Below are positions 20,701-29,336 of a stretch of 64,000 bases of DNA, piece after piece. This DNA comes from Candidatus Binatus soli (GTDB lineage Bacteria; Desulfobacterota; Binatia; Binatales; Binataceae), in NCBI GenBank assembly GCA_002479255.1, contig DLMJ01000005.1, forward strand, positions 8,664-72,663. The letters run 5' to 3'. The position numbers and the translations under genes are program-made. The notes under the pieces are model-generated. The model made no database searches. It was given only the letters and a program-made list of their open reading frames with translations, and was not told the origin of the DNA. Numbering within the stretch: position 1 is the first letter of the stretch; each line of letters opens with the position of its first letter.

Positions 20701-21945
20701 TTAATCAGGCTGCGATTTACCAGAATCGAGGCAACACTTCTTGTATTTCAGGCCGCTGCCACAGGGGCAAGGGTCGTTCCGCCCTGTTCGAGGAGAGGCT
20801 TCGCCATCCTCGGAGCGCAGATGATCCATGAGCCGTTCCACTGGTACGCCTGACCGCATCAGCGACGCGATCTTCCGCAGGCGTGGGCGGCTATGGGTGA
20901 AAAACTTTTTCAGGCCCGGGCAAAGATAGTTAAGACCCTGTTCGCCGTCGGGTGTCCGGGCAAACCGGTCCTTTGGACACCCGCCATTGCACGACTTCAG
21001 GACCTCGCAATCCCGGCAGTATTGGGGCAGTCCGTCCCGCTTCTTGCGTCCGAATTCGCGCTGCGCCGGGTCCTCCAGTATTTCCACGAGCGGTGTTTCG
21101 AGAATGTTCCCGATGCGGTGCTCCGGATCGACAAAATGATCGCAGGAGTAGAAATCTCCGTTATGCTCGACGACCACGACATCGCCGCAGGTCTCCTTGA
21201 AAATGCACAAAGCATGCTCCACCCCGAGCAAGGGTCTGAGCGCCTCATCGAAGTTCTGGATGGCGATCCGGCCGATATCGTGCCTGAACCACTCGTCGAA
21301 AATCGTGCACAGGAACTCTCCGTAGGCTTCTGCCGGCGCCGTCTCCGCGCTTACCCCGCTCCCGCCTTGCCGCGCGACCAGCGGAAGGAATTGCAGGAAC
21401 TCCACGCCGAGCTCCTTGAAAAAGCGATAAACCGCAGTCGGCTGCCCGACGTTCCCACGATGCACGACGCACAGCACGTCGCATGGAATCCGGTAGCGCT
21501 TCAAGAGCCGGATGGACTGGATCACCCGCTTGTGGGTCGTACCGCCGCCCTTGGTCACGCGATAGCGGTCGTGGAGCGCCTTCGGTCCGTCGATGCTGAT
21601 GCCGACCTGGAAGCGTTCCGCGGCGAGGAAGCGGCACCATTCGTCGTCGATCAGCGTGCCGTTGGTCTGAATGCCATTGAGGATCTGCCGTCCCGCAGGT
21701 CGGTGCTTGCGCTGGAGCTCGACGATTCGGCGGAAATAATCGAGCCCTAGGATGGTCGGCTCGCCGCCGTGCCACTCGAAGAAAATCATGTCCTTAGGGC
21801 AGGCCTCGATGTGCTGGACGATGTAGCGCTCCAGCAGATCATCGGTCATCCGAAGCGATCCGCCGTTCGGATACAGGGCCGACTTGTCGAGGTAATAGCA
21901 GTAGCTACAGTCGAGGTTGCAGACCGCGCCCGCCGGTTTTGCCAT
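20701..21945 (-). CDS. radical SAM/SPASM-domain enzyme of the anaerobic sulfatase-maturating enzyme (anSME/AslB) family with a C-terminal SEC-C zinc-binding motif
   Basis: CNLDCSYCYY (CxxxCxxC radical SAM cluster), GGEPTIL, Cys-rich SPASM-type C-terminal half (CDHF...CRDCEVLKSCNGGCP), and terminal NDPCPCGSGLKYKKCC (SEC-C motif). Confidence 0.8.
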   Translation of the reverse strand: MAKPAGAVCNLDCSYCYYLDKSALYPNGGSLRMTDDLLERYIVQHIEACPKDMIFFEWHGGEPTILGLDYFRRIVELQRKHRPAGRQILNGIQTNGTLIDDEWCRFLAAERFQVGISIDGPKALHDRYRVTKGGGTTHKRVIQSIRLLKRYRIPCDVLCVVHRGNVGQPTAVYRFFKELGVEFLQFLPLVARQGGSGVSAETAPAEAYGEFLCTIFDEWFRHDIGRIAIQNFDEALRPLLGVEHALCIFKETCGDVVVVEHNGDFYSCDHFVDPEHRIGNILETPLVEILEDPAQREFGRKKRDGLPQYCRDCEVLKSCNGGCPKDRFARTPDGEQGLNYLCPGLKKFFTHSRPRLRKIASLMRSGVPVERLMDHLRSEDGEASPRTGRNDPCPCGSGLKYKKCCLDSGKSQPD

Positions 21946-22078
21946 CACCTGGAATTCCCGCGAAGCTGCCACCATTCAGTGATACACTCCCCACCTGGCG
22001 TGAGCTATCAAAAAAGAGGCAGTTGAATCTGCACGTCGGGCGACAAACAGGGACGCGGTAGCGCGCCGATTCTGTCTG

Positions 22079-22498
22079 CTACTTTCTGAACTCGACGGTC
22101 GCCGTCCCTGTCACGAGGCGCTCCGACTCCTCGTTTTCCATCCAGACGTCGATCTCGGTCGTGCGCTCTTCGGGATTCTTGTTCGTGATAAAGCCGTGAA
22201 TCGTGACCGTGTGATCGGGTTGCACCGGCACGCGATAGGTCGTGTTCATCCGCGTCAGCCACGCATTGCTCGAGCCGATCCAGTCCGTCACCAGCTTCGA
22301 GAGCAGTCCGAGGCTCATGTTGCCCGGGATGATCATCCCGGGCAGCCCTTCCTTCCTGGCGGCTTCATCGTCGGTGAAGCGTCCCGCGCCTTCACCCATG
22401 CCCATCGTCCTGGCGTAGGCGCGGCACTGATCCTTGCTCACGAACAGCTCAAGCGGGCCGAGCGTGTCGCCGATATTGATCTCTTCGAAACTATTCAC
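22079..22498 (-). CDS. MaoC-like (R)-specific enoyl-CoA hydratase, hotdog fold
   Basis: 139 aa with hotdog-fold MaoC dehydratase signature (GDTLGPLELFVSKDQCRAYA...GMIIPGNMSLGLLSKLVTDW). Confidence 0.7.
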   Translation of the reverse strand: MNSFEEINIGDTLGPLELFVSKDQCRAYARTMGMGEGAGRFTDDEAARKEGLPGMIIPGNMSLGLLSKLVTDWIGSSNAWLTRMNTTYRVPVQPDHTVTIHGFITNKNPEERTTEIDVWMENEESERLVTGTATVEFRK

Positions 22499-22526
22499 GC
22501 AATTCGACTTCCCGATCCCGATGCGC

Positions 22527-22973
22527 TCAGGGGCGGTTCATGAAGCGATGGTCGATATGGGCCAGCACTTGATCGTTCTGGTTCTTCAGTGTCGAGCGGA
22601 TTACGACGAACACCATCGTGCCCGTCCGTCCCGTTTTCTCGTAGATTTCCTTTACGTGCGAGCTGAGCGTTACCTGGTCGCCTGGCCTTATCGGCGCGAC
22701 GAACTCGACATCCTTGCCGGCGTCGAAGCCGCGCAGTCCGAAGCGCGGAACGTTGTCGAAGAAATGCCGCCCGTTGCGGAACGTCACCGCGAACGACGGC
22801 GGCGCGACGATCCCTCCGTACGGGCCTTTTTTCGCCGCCTCCTCGTCCGTGTATATCGGATTGGTCTCGCCGAGCGCCGCGCAGTACCGTTTTATCTTGT
22901 CGGCCTTGACTTCGACCGGCTCGGTGATTTCGAAGGTCTTGTTGATCAGCGCCGGATCGTAATTCACTGCCAT
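22527..22973 (-). CDS. MaoC-N/FAS1-like hotdog-fold protein, probable partner subunit of the adjacent MaoC hydratase
   Basis: 148 aa; hotdog-fold N-terminal dehydratase-like sequence, arranged in tandem with the MaoC gene as in heteromeric ChsH1/ChsH2-type hydratases. Confidence 0.65.
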   Translation of the reverse strand: MAVNYDPALINKTFEITEPVEVKADKIKRYCAALGETNPIYTDEEAAKKGPYGGIVAPPSFAVTFRNGRHFFDNVPRFGLRGFDAGKDVEFVAPIRPGDQVTLSSHVKEIYEKTGRTGTMVFVVIRSTLKNQNDQVLAHIDHRFMNRP

Positions 22974-23011
22974 CTTGATTTTCTCACTGTCTTGCTATCG
23001 CAGTCGCGGCG

Positions 23012-23695
23012 TTACCTGGATTCCATCGCGACCGCATGCGGCACGGTTTTGCGCCGCGGCCGGAAATCCACCGGCTCGTAATTGCCGGTCTTCAATTCCC
23101 GCACCAGGTCGTCGATCGTCTTGATGTACGCGCTGAATTTTGTCGCGCACAGCCCTATCAGGCTCACCAGATGGCTGTCGGAACCGCCGGTCGCGGCAAA
23201 ACCGTATTTCGCGATCAATTCCGCGCTGCGCTCGTCCTCGCCCTTGCGCGAGCCGCCGTTCAGCGCCTCGACCGCGACCACGTTCTCCAGCGGCGGCCTC
23301 GATTGATAGTGCTCGTAGAGCCCGATATTGGGGCGGCCGGGATGACACGGCACGACAATTCCGCCCATGCGCGCCACTTCATCGATCAAGGTCTGCGCGT
23401 CGAGCCGCACGTCGGCAAAATCGAAGCGCGCCACCATGTCATCGTTCACCCCGAACACGAGCATGTGTCCGTAGTTGGTCTCGACTTCCGACGCGCGCAG
23501 CACCAACGTTCCGAATTTGTCCTCGAGATGGCGGTAGTCGGCGTCGCGATTGAACTGGCGATGCTCGGTCAGGACGATTCCATCGACCGGCCGCTCGGCC
23601 TGACGCAGCTTGATCCAGTTGAGGTACGCCTCTACCGGTGCGCGGCTGTCTTCCGATGCTTCGCTATGCGTGTGCAGATCAAGGATTGTACTCAC
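23012..23695 (-). CDS. PHP-domain (polymerase and histidinol phosphatase) metal-dependent phosphoesterase
   Basis: MSTILDLHTHSEAS...GIVLTEH...CHPGR...GGSDSHL: His/Asp metal-ligand pattern of PHP domains. Confidence 0.7.
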   Translation of the reverse strand: MSTILDLHTHSEASEDSRAPVEAYLNWIKLRQAERPVDGIVLTEHRQFNRDADYRHLEDKFGTLVLRASEVETNYGHMLVFGVNDDMVARFDFADVRLDAQTLIDEVARMGGIVVPCHPGRPNIGLYEHYQSRPPLENVVAVEALNGGSRKGEDERSAELIAKYGFAATGGSDSHLVSLIGLCATKFSAYIKTIDDLVRELKTGNYEPVDFRPRRKTVPHAVAMESR

Positions 23696-23708
23696 CAGGA
23701 TTGAGCCC

Positions 23709-24137
23709 TCACCTCGCCGGGCGAAATTTCGCGAGCGTCACCGCGGGCGTGACGTCCTCGAATACGACCTCGACGGGCATCCCTATTTTAGCCTGTTCCG
23801 GCCGGCAGTCGACAAGGTTGGTGAGCATTTTCACGCCCTCTTCCAACTCGACGTACGCCATGATGTACGGTATCGATTCGCGAAACCCCGGTGCCTGGTT
23901 CTGATACGTCGTGGTGAAGGTATAGACCTTGCCGCGCCCGCTGCATTTTATCCATTGCACCTGCGACGACATGCAATTCGTGCACAGCGCGCGCGGATAG
24001 TAGCGGATGTCGCCGCAAGTTGCGCATTTCTGGATGTAAAGTTCGTGCCGTTGAAGCGCCTCCCACCACGGACGGTTCTCTTCGTCGAGATGCGGGAGCG
24101 GCTTCGAGTATTTTTTCGCTTGCGTCTGTTCCACCAT
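23709..24137 (-). CDS. DUF35 / Zn-ribbon plus OB-fold acyl-CoA-associated protein (ChsH2-C / SCP-x partner family)
   Basis: C4 zinc ribbon (CATCGDIRYYPRALCTNC) followed by an OB-fold-like segment, located immediately upstream of an SCP-x type thiolase. Confidence 0.75.
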   Translation of the reverse strand: MVEQTQAKKYSKPLPHLDEENRPWWEALQRHELYIQKCATCGDIRYYPRALCTNCMSSQVQWIKCSGRGKVYTFTTTYQNQAPGFRESIPYIMAYVELEEGVKMLTNLVDCRPEQAKIGMPVEVVFEDVTPAVTLAKFRPAR

Positions 24138-24158
24138 GATTTATCGTCCGCCCCGAGG

Positions 24159-25322
24159 TTACTGATTGCTGAGGATAAGCGTCGCGCCCGAATGGCGCGT
24201 GCCGAGCGCGCCGCCGGTGCCGTGCGCGAGTGCGATTTCGCAATCCTTGACCTGCCGCGGACCGCATTCGCCGCGCAGTTGCTTGGCCGCCTCGATCACC
24301 AGGAAGATTCCGCGCATCCCCGGATGGTTCGACGACAACCCCCCGCCGTCGGTGTTGATCGGAAATTCGCCGTCGAAGCGCAGCCTTCCGCCCGACACGA
24401 ACGCGCCGCCTTCGCCGCGCTTGCAAAAGCCGAGATTCTCCAGCGTGGCCAGCACGGTGATCGTGAACGAGTCGTAGATCATCGCCATGTCGATGTCCTT
24501 GTGCGCGACGCCCGCGCGCTCGAACGCAAGCCGGCCCGATTGCGCCGCCGCGATTTCCAGAAAATCGCGCTGCCCGCGCGCCGCGTGCCGCACCGTCTCG
24601 CCCGCGCCAAGAATGTAAACCGGCTTCTTCTTCAAATCGCGCGTGCGCTCCGCCGACGTGATCACCAGCGCGCCGCCGCCGTCGCTGATGATGCAACAAT
24701 CCAGCAGATGCAGCGGCGACGAGATGATTCGCGACGCGAGTACGTCTTCCACCGTGATCGGGTCTCGGTACTTCGCGGCCGGATTCATGGACGCATGCAG
24801 CCGCGTCGTGACCGCTATTTCGGCCAGCTGCGCCGAGGTCGTCCCGTAGTCATGCATATGGCGCTGCGCGACCATCGCATACGCCCCGACGGTCGTCGGC
24901 CCGAACGGAATCTCGTACTGGTCGCACGGATCGCCTGCGCCGCCGCGTTCTCCGCCCGTGCCAATCGCAAACCGCGACGAGGCCGCCGTCGAGCCATAGA
25001 CCACCACGCATACGTCGCACAGCCCGGCGTGGATGGCGGCCGCCGCGTGCGCGGTGTGCGCCACGAACGACGACCCGCCGATCGAAGTCGAGTCGACAAA
25101 GTTCGGCGTCAGGTTCAGGTAATCGCAGAAGCCGACGATTCCCATCCCGCTCATCCCCATTCCGGTCGTGCACAGCCCGTTTACGTCCTTGATCGTCAAC
25201 CCGGCGTCGTCCAGCGCGCCACGCAGGCTCTCCGCCATTATCTGAAACAGACTTTTGTCCGGCGCGAAGCGGGTGGGATGCTCGAACACGCCGGCCACTG
25301 CGGTTTTGCGGCTTAAACTCAT
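24159..25322 (-). CDS. thiolase-like protein, SCP-x / Ltp2 / benzoylsuccinyl-CoA thiolase (BbsB)-type (lipid-transfer-protein thiolase)
   Basis: 387 aa thiolase fold with C-terminal GGGLSSNHPGMRG...AHGTGG motifs, lacking the classical catalytic Cys context of biosynthetic thiolases, and paired with DUF35. Confidence 0.75.
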   Translation of the reverse strand: MSLSRKTAVAGVFEHPTRFAPDKSLFQIMAESLRGALDDAGLTIKDVNGLCTTGMGMSGMGIVGFCDYLNLTPNFVDSTSIGGSSFVAHTAHAAAAIHAGLCDVCVVVYGSTAASSRFAIGTGGERGGAGDPCDQYEIPFGPTTVGAYAMVAQRHMHDYGTTSAQLAEIAVTTRLHASMNPAAKYRDPITVEDVLASRIISSPLHLLDCCIISDGGGALVITSAERTRDLKKKPVYILGAGETVRHAARGQRDFLEIAAAQSGRLAFERAGVAHKDIDMAMIYDSFTITVLATLENLGFCKRGEGGAFVSGGRLRFDGEFPINTDGGGLSSNHPGMRGIFLVIEAAKQLRGECGPRQVKDCEIALAHGTGGALGTRHSGATLILSNQ

Positions 25323-25337
25323 CTCGAATTCCTATCT

Positions 25338-26147
25338 TCAGTTAGCCAACGAAAAAACGAACTGTTCGATCGCGGCGTTGTACTCGGGGGGACGCTCGCG
25401 CGGGATATAGTGACCGGCGTCCGCGATAATCTTGCAGGTCGCGCCGCGAATCTTGCCCGCGATAAACTCCGCGTCGGCCGGCGTGGTGCCCTGGTCGTCG
25501 GCGCCGGCAATCACCAGCGCCGGTTTGTCGATCTTTCCGATCGCGTCGCGCAAATCGAGCTGCGAGCAGGCGACGATGTCGGTGTAGCGCACGCGCGGAT
25601 CGGTCTTGATTTGTTCCATCCAGCCTTCGCGGACCACGTCGAAGTTTTCCTTCACCGTGCGGGGCGAATAGCCGTCAGTGTTGAAGGCCTGCGGCGCCCG
25701 GCCCATCGTGATTGCCCGCAATGCCTCGATTCGATCGGCCGTGATGTTGAACTTCGGCGCCGTGCAACTGAGGATCAACGCCTCGACGCGCGCGGCGTGG
25801 CGGATCGCCAGGTCCATCGCAATCGCGCCGCCCATCGAATGCCCCAGTATCACCGCCGCTTTGATCTTCAACATGTCAAGAAAAGCCGCAACGAAGTCGG
25901 CATAGTCCTGAACCGTGCGCAGCCCCTCGACGCCCGCCGAGCGTCCATGCCCGGGCAGATCGAGCGCGATCGGACTGTGCCGGCCGCCGAACGCGTCGAT
26001 CTGGCGATGCCAGGTGTGACCGTTCGAGCCGGCGCCGTGAACGAACAAAATCTTGCGGCCGCGTGAAAAGTCCGGCGCCACGTCGGGCAGCGTCGTAGCG
26101 CCGCTATAGAAGTAGTAGGTCGCGTATCCCCTCACATCGGTGTATTT
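25338..26147 (-). CDS. alpha/beta hydrolase fold protein
   Basis: ILFVHGAGSNGHTWHRQI and nucleophile elbow GHSMGG; conserved start near MAESFAPMPTKYTD (the longer ORF to 26396 is probably over-extended). Confidence 0.7.
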   Translation of the reverse strand, partial: KYTDVRGYATYYFYSGATTLPDVAPDFSRGRKILFVHGAGSNGHTWHRQIDAFGGRHSPIALDLPGHGRSAGVEGLRTVQDYADFVAAFLDMLKIKAAVILGHSMGGAIAMDLAIRHAARVEALILSCTAPKFNITADRIEALRAITMGRAPQAFNTDGYSPRTVKENFDVVREGWMEQIKTDPRVRYTDIVACSQLDLRDAIGKIDKPALVIAGADDQGTTPADAEFIAGKIRGATCKIIADAGHYIPRERPPEYNAAIEQFVFSLAN

Positions 26148-26233
26148 CGTTGGCATCGGCGCGAAACTCTCCGCCATCTGCTTTTGTGGGTTAGCTATTA
26201 GGTTGAGCGCGCGCTTGTCAAACGGCGCCAGAC

Positions 26234-27049
26234 TCAGACATCCCGCCTGCCAAGGATCAGCGGTTCGCGCAGGGTCAAGCTGCGCGACGCGCCCGCCTTG
26301 GCGACTTCCGCCAGCATCGCGTCGGCCTGTTGGCGCTCGCCCTCGGGTATCAATGGCATCCATCTGATGCTGATCCACTCTTCGATATCCGCCCACTGGA
26401 TTGTAAATGGCGCCGCGCGTTCCTCGACGCGCAGACCGGACCTGGCAAACGCCCGCTGGTAGCGATCATCGGGAGCCGCGTCGGCTTGGCGGCGGCCCGC
26501 ACGCTGAAAGATCACGTCGCGATATTCGCGCCATCGGTCCGGACCGACGATCGCGCTCAGCATCTGCCGAAAACCTTCGTCCCGCTGCCCGGTTGCCACC
26601 AGCAACCCGCCGGGCCGCACGCATCGCGCGAACTCCGCCACGACGCCGTCGAGATCCGCAACGAACTGAAGCACGTGGCTTGCGAAAATGAAATCGAACG
26701 ACTCCGGCTTGAACGGCAGCCGTGACACGTCCGCGCAAAGCAGCCGGCATTTCACGCCGACGCGATTGCGCGCGGACAGCAGCATGTCGATCGACAAGTC
26801 GACGCCGGTCACCCCACGAACGCGATTTCCGGGCGCCGCCGCAAACTTCGCGAGATAGGCGCCATTGCCGCATCCGACATCGAGCACGTCGCGCGCATCC
26901 GCGATTTCCCCCGCGATCGTCTCGAGGACGGCGCGGCGCCGATTCCCGTAGTACTCGCCATCGCCATAAGTGGCGGCTAAGCGGCCGAAGTACTCGGCTA
27001 CCGGTAAAGGTCTGCGATGCCCTGAGGTTTCACTTTCGCTGGAGTCCAT
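26234..27049 (-). CDS. class I SAM-dependent methyltransferase
   Basis: SAM-binding motif VLDVGCGNGAYL and downstream acidic loop (CADVSRLPF); probable start at MDSSESETSG (the longer ORF to 27394 is over-extended). Confidence 0.7.
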   Translation of the reverse strand: MDSSESETSGHRRPLPVAEYFGRLAATYGDGEYYGNRRRAVLETIAGEIADARDVLDVGCGNGAYLAKFAAAPGNRVRGVTGVDLSIDMLLSARNRVGVKCRLLCADVSRLPFKPESFDFIFASHVLQFVADLDGVVAEFARCVRPGGLLVATGQRDEGFRQMLSAIVGPDRWREYRDVIFQRAGRRQADAAPDDRYQRAFARSGLRVEERAAPFTIQWADIEEWISIRWMPLIPEGERQQADAMLAEVAKAGASRSLTLREPLILGRRDV

Positions 27050-27150
27050 GTCGCGCCGTCCCTTCTTCCTTCCGTCAGTCCGAGCGGAGCGTGGCCGCTC
27101 GATTTCGCTGAGGATGACAGAAAAGCAGGCGCGCGGAGAAGAGTTTGCCG

Positions 27151-27384
27151 CTACTTTCGTGCCTTGCGGCCTTTGGGTTTGCGCGTGGGCGCGGATTTTT
27201 CGTCGATTGGATCGGCTTGCCCGTGCTCCCAGATTTCGATCGCCGCGCGGCTGAATCGCCACGCACTGCCTACGCGGAAGCCCGGTATTCGTCCTTCGTG
27301 CAGCAAGCGGTAAATCGTAGTTGGATGGACGCGAAGATGCGCCGACAACTCCGAGATGGTCAGAATATCTTTCGAGGATGCCAT
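27151..27384 (-). CDS. excisionase-family helix-turn-helix DNA-binding protein (HTH_17/MerR-like Xis type)
   Basis: MASSKDILTISELSAHLRVHPTTIYRLLHEGRIPGFRVGSAWRFSRAAIEIWEHG, a textbook Xis/AlpA-like HTH. Paralogous to the 53038 and 33127 genes. Confidence 0.7.
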   Translation of the reverse strand: MASSKDILTISELSAHLRVHPTTIYRLLHEGRIPGFRVGSAWRFSRAAIEIWEHGQADPIDEKSAPTRKPKGRKARK

Positions 27385-27681
27385 CGTAAGCCAAGCCCCC
27401 CCCTCGGTGAAATTTATCAATTCCCCCTTAAACGAGAGGTATCGCTTGATGCCGCACAAAAACCCACAATGCAGCCTCTAACCGTGCCACGAATAAGTCA
27501 ATACTGACCATTCGCGCCCGTCAGAGGCTGAGAATCTTGGTAAAGGTGCGTCACATTGCGTTATGGTTAGCGAAAGATGGCTAAAAGAACTCAACGCCTC
27601 ACTTCAAAATCCTGCGGATTACCAGTTTTCCAGGAGAGAAAGACGCTTCATCGACGCGCAACGCGTGATGTGCAAAGAAAA

Positions 27682-27704
27682 GGGGCGGTTCCATAACCGC
27701 CCCT
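27682..27704 (-). terminator. probable rho-independent terminator downstream of gltA (minus strand)
   Basis: Perfect hairpin ggggcggtt-ccat-aaccgcccc followed (on the minus strand) by a T-rich run. Confidence 0.5.
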
Positions 27705-27789
27705 AAAGCATTCGCCATAACAGCGCCACTCGCTACCGGCTCACCATCATCGCCGCCGCGCGACGCTTTTGAAATCATCTAACCTGACG

Positions 27790-29121
27790 TTAGATTGCCT
27801 CGCTAACCGCATCTTCGTGCTGCGTCGGCTTGGGCCGCGACTGTATCGGCGTGTAGTGCCGCGTCGATTCGCCGATATAGACTTGGCGCGGCCGCGCGAT
27901 CTTCTGTTCGGGATCGCGCACCATCTCCGCCCATTGCGCCATCCATCCCGAAGTCCGCGGGATCGCGAACAACACCGGAAACATCGTCATCGGGAAGCCC
28001 ATCGCCTGGTAAATTATTCCCGAATAGAAATCGACGTTGGGATACAACTTGTGCGAGATGAAATAGTCGTCCTGGAGCGCGATCCGTTCGAGCTCTACCG
28101 CTATATCGATCAGCGGATTGCGGCCGGTCACCTCGAACACCTGCTCCGCAAAATGCTTGAGGATTTTCGCGCGCGGATCGTAGTTTTTGTACACTCGATG
28201 CCCAAAGCCCATCAGCCGGCGCTCGCCCTCCTTGACCTTCTTAATCAGCGCGGGAATGGCCGACACTGAACCGATTTCCATAAGCATCCGGATCGCAGCT
28301 TCGTTCGCGCCGCCATGCAGGGGGCCGTAAAGCGCCGAGATAGCAGCGGACGCGCAGGCGTAGGGATCAGGCTGCGAGCTTCCCACCGCGCGCATCGCAT
28401 TGGTGGAGCAGTTCTGCTCGTGATCCGCGTGCAGGATGAAGAGTACGTCGAGCGCGCGCTCGAGCACCGGGTTCGGTTTGTATGTAAGCTCGGTCATTTT
28501 GAACAGCATCGCAAGCAGATTGCCGGTGTAGCTGAGGTCGTTGTCGGGATAGACGTAAGGAAGTCCCCGGGTATGCCGAAAGGCGAACGCCGCCAGGGTC
28601 GGGATCTTGCCGATCAGGCGGCGGGTCTGCAGCCGGCGCGATTCGAGGTCGTGTATAGCGCTGGCGTCGGGATAAAAGGTCGAGAGCGCGCCGACGGTAC
28701 TGAGCAACATTCCCATCGGATGCGAATCGTAGCGGAAGCCCTCCATGAACATCTTGATATTCTCGTGCACCATCGTGTGAATCGTGATGTTGTGTTTCCA
28801 GCGGTCGTAGTGCGCTTGGTCCGGCAGCTCGCCCTTGACGATCAGGTACGCAGTCTCGAGGTAGTTGCTTTTCTCGGCGAGTTCTTCGATCGGATATCCG
28901 CGATAGCGCAGTATCCCCTTGTCGCCGTCGATGTACGTGACGCGGCTGCGGCAGGACGCCGTGTTGCCGAACGACGGATCGTAGGTCATCAGGCCGAAGT
29001 CATCGGCGCCGGTCTTGATTTGACGCAAATCCATCGCGCGAATCACTCCGCCCTCCTCGATCGGTACATCGTATTTCTTGCCGGTCCGATTGTCGGTGAT
29101 TGTCAACGTGTTGTTTGCCAT
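27790..29121 (-). CDS. gltA: citrate synthase (type II, hexameric family)
   Basis: 443 aa with canonical motifs GYRGYPIEEL, LHADHEQNCSTN, MGFGHRVYKNYDPRA, NVDFYSG. Confidence 0.9.
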   Translation of the reverse strand: MANNTLTITDNRTGKKYDVPIEEGGVIRAMDLRQIKTGADDFGLMTYDPSFGNTASCRSRVTYIDGDKGILRYRGYPIEELAEKSNYLETAYLIVKGELPDQAHYDRWKHNITIHTMVHENIKMFMEGFRYDSHPMGMLLSTVGALSTFYPDASAIHDLESRRLQTRRLIGKIPTLAAFAFRHTRGLPYVYPDNDLSYTGNLLAMLFKMTELTYKPNPVLERALDVLFILHADHEQNCSTNAMRAVGSSQPDPYACASAAISALYGPLHGGANEAAIRMLMEIGSVSAIPALIKKVKEGERRLMGFGHRVYKNYDPRAKILKHFAEQVFEVTGRNPLIDIAVELERIALQDDYFISHKLYPNVDFYSGIIYQAMGFPMTMFPVLFAIPRTSGWMAQWAEMVRDPEQKIARPRQVYIGESTRHYTPIQSRPKPTQHEDAVSEAI

Positions 29122-29336
29122 TGATGTTGCCTCAACTGGTTTGTGGCGTTCTGGTTCTTTATATTCCGTTTAAGATACACAAATATATACATAAGAAATA
29201 TAGATATATACAAGTGTGCAGCATTAGTTCTCCAAGGCCGGCGCATGCCCCTTTTAAGCTGCCGGGCGTCTCGCAACCGCCGCCGCGCCATGCCACTGTG
29301 TGCGCTTGCGCGTTGGCTTAAGAGTGCATCGAAAAA
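29122..29336. promoter_or_regulatory. extremely AT-rich divergent intergenic region (gltA <-> dedA) with repeated ATATATAC/TATAC elements
   Basis: Read directly: tatattccgtttaagatacacaaatatatacataagaaatatagatatatacaagtg, roughly 25-30% GC in a ~67% GC genome. Confidence 0.4.

Noticed and set aside
23610-25316. 568-aa plus-strand ORF and 303-aa minus-strand ORF (23788-24699)
   Set aside because: Overlap and oppose the thiolase, DUF35 and PHP genes, which have clear family motifs; Arg-rich junk composition.
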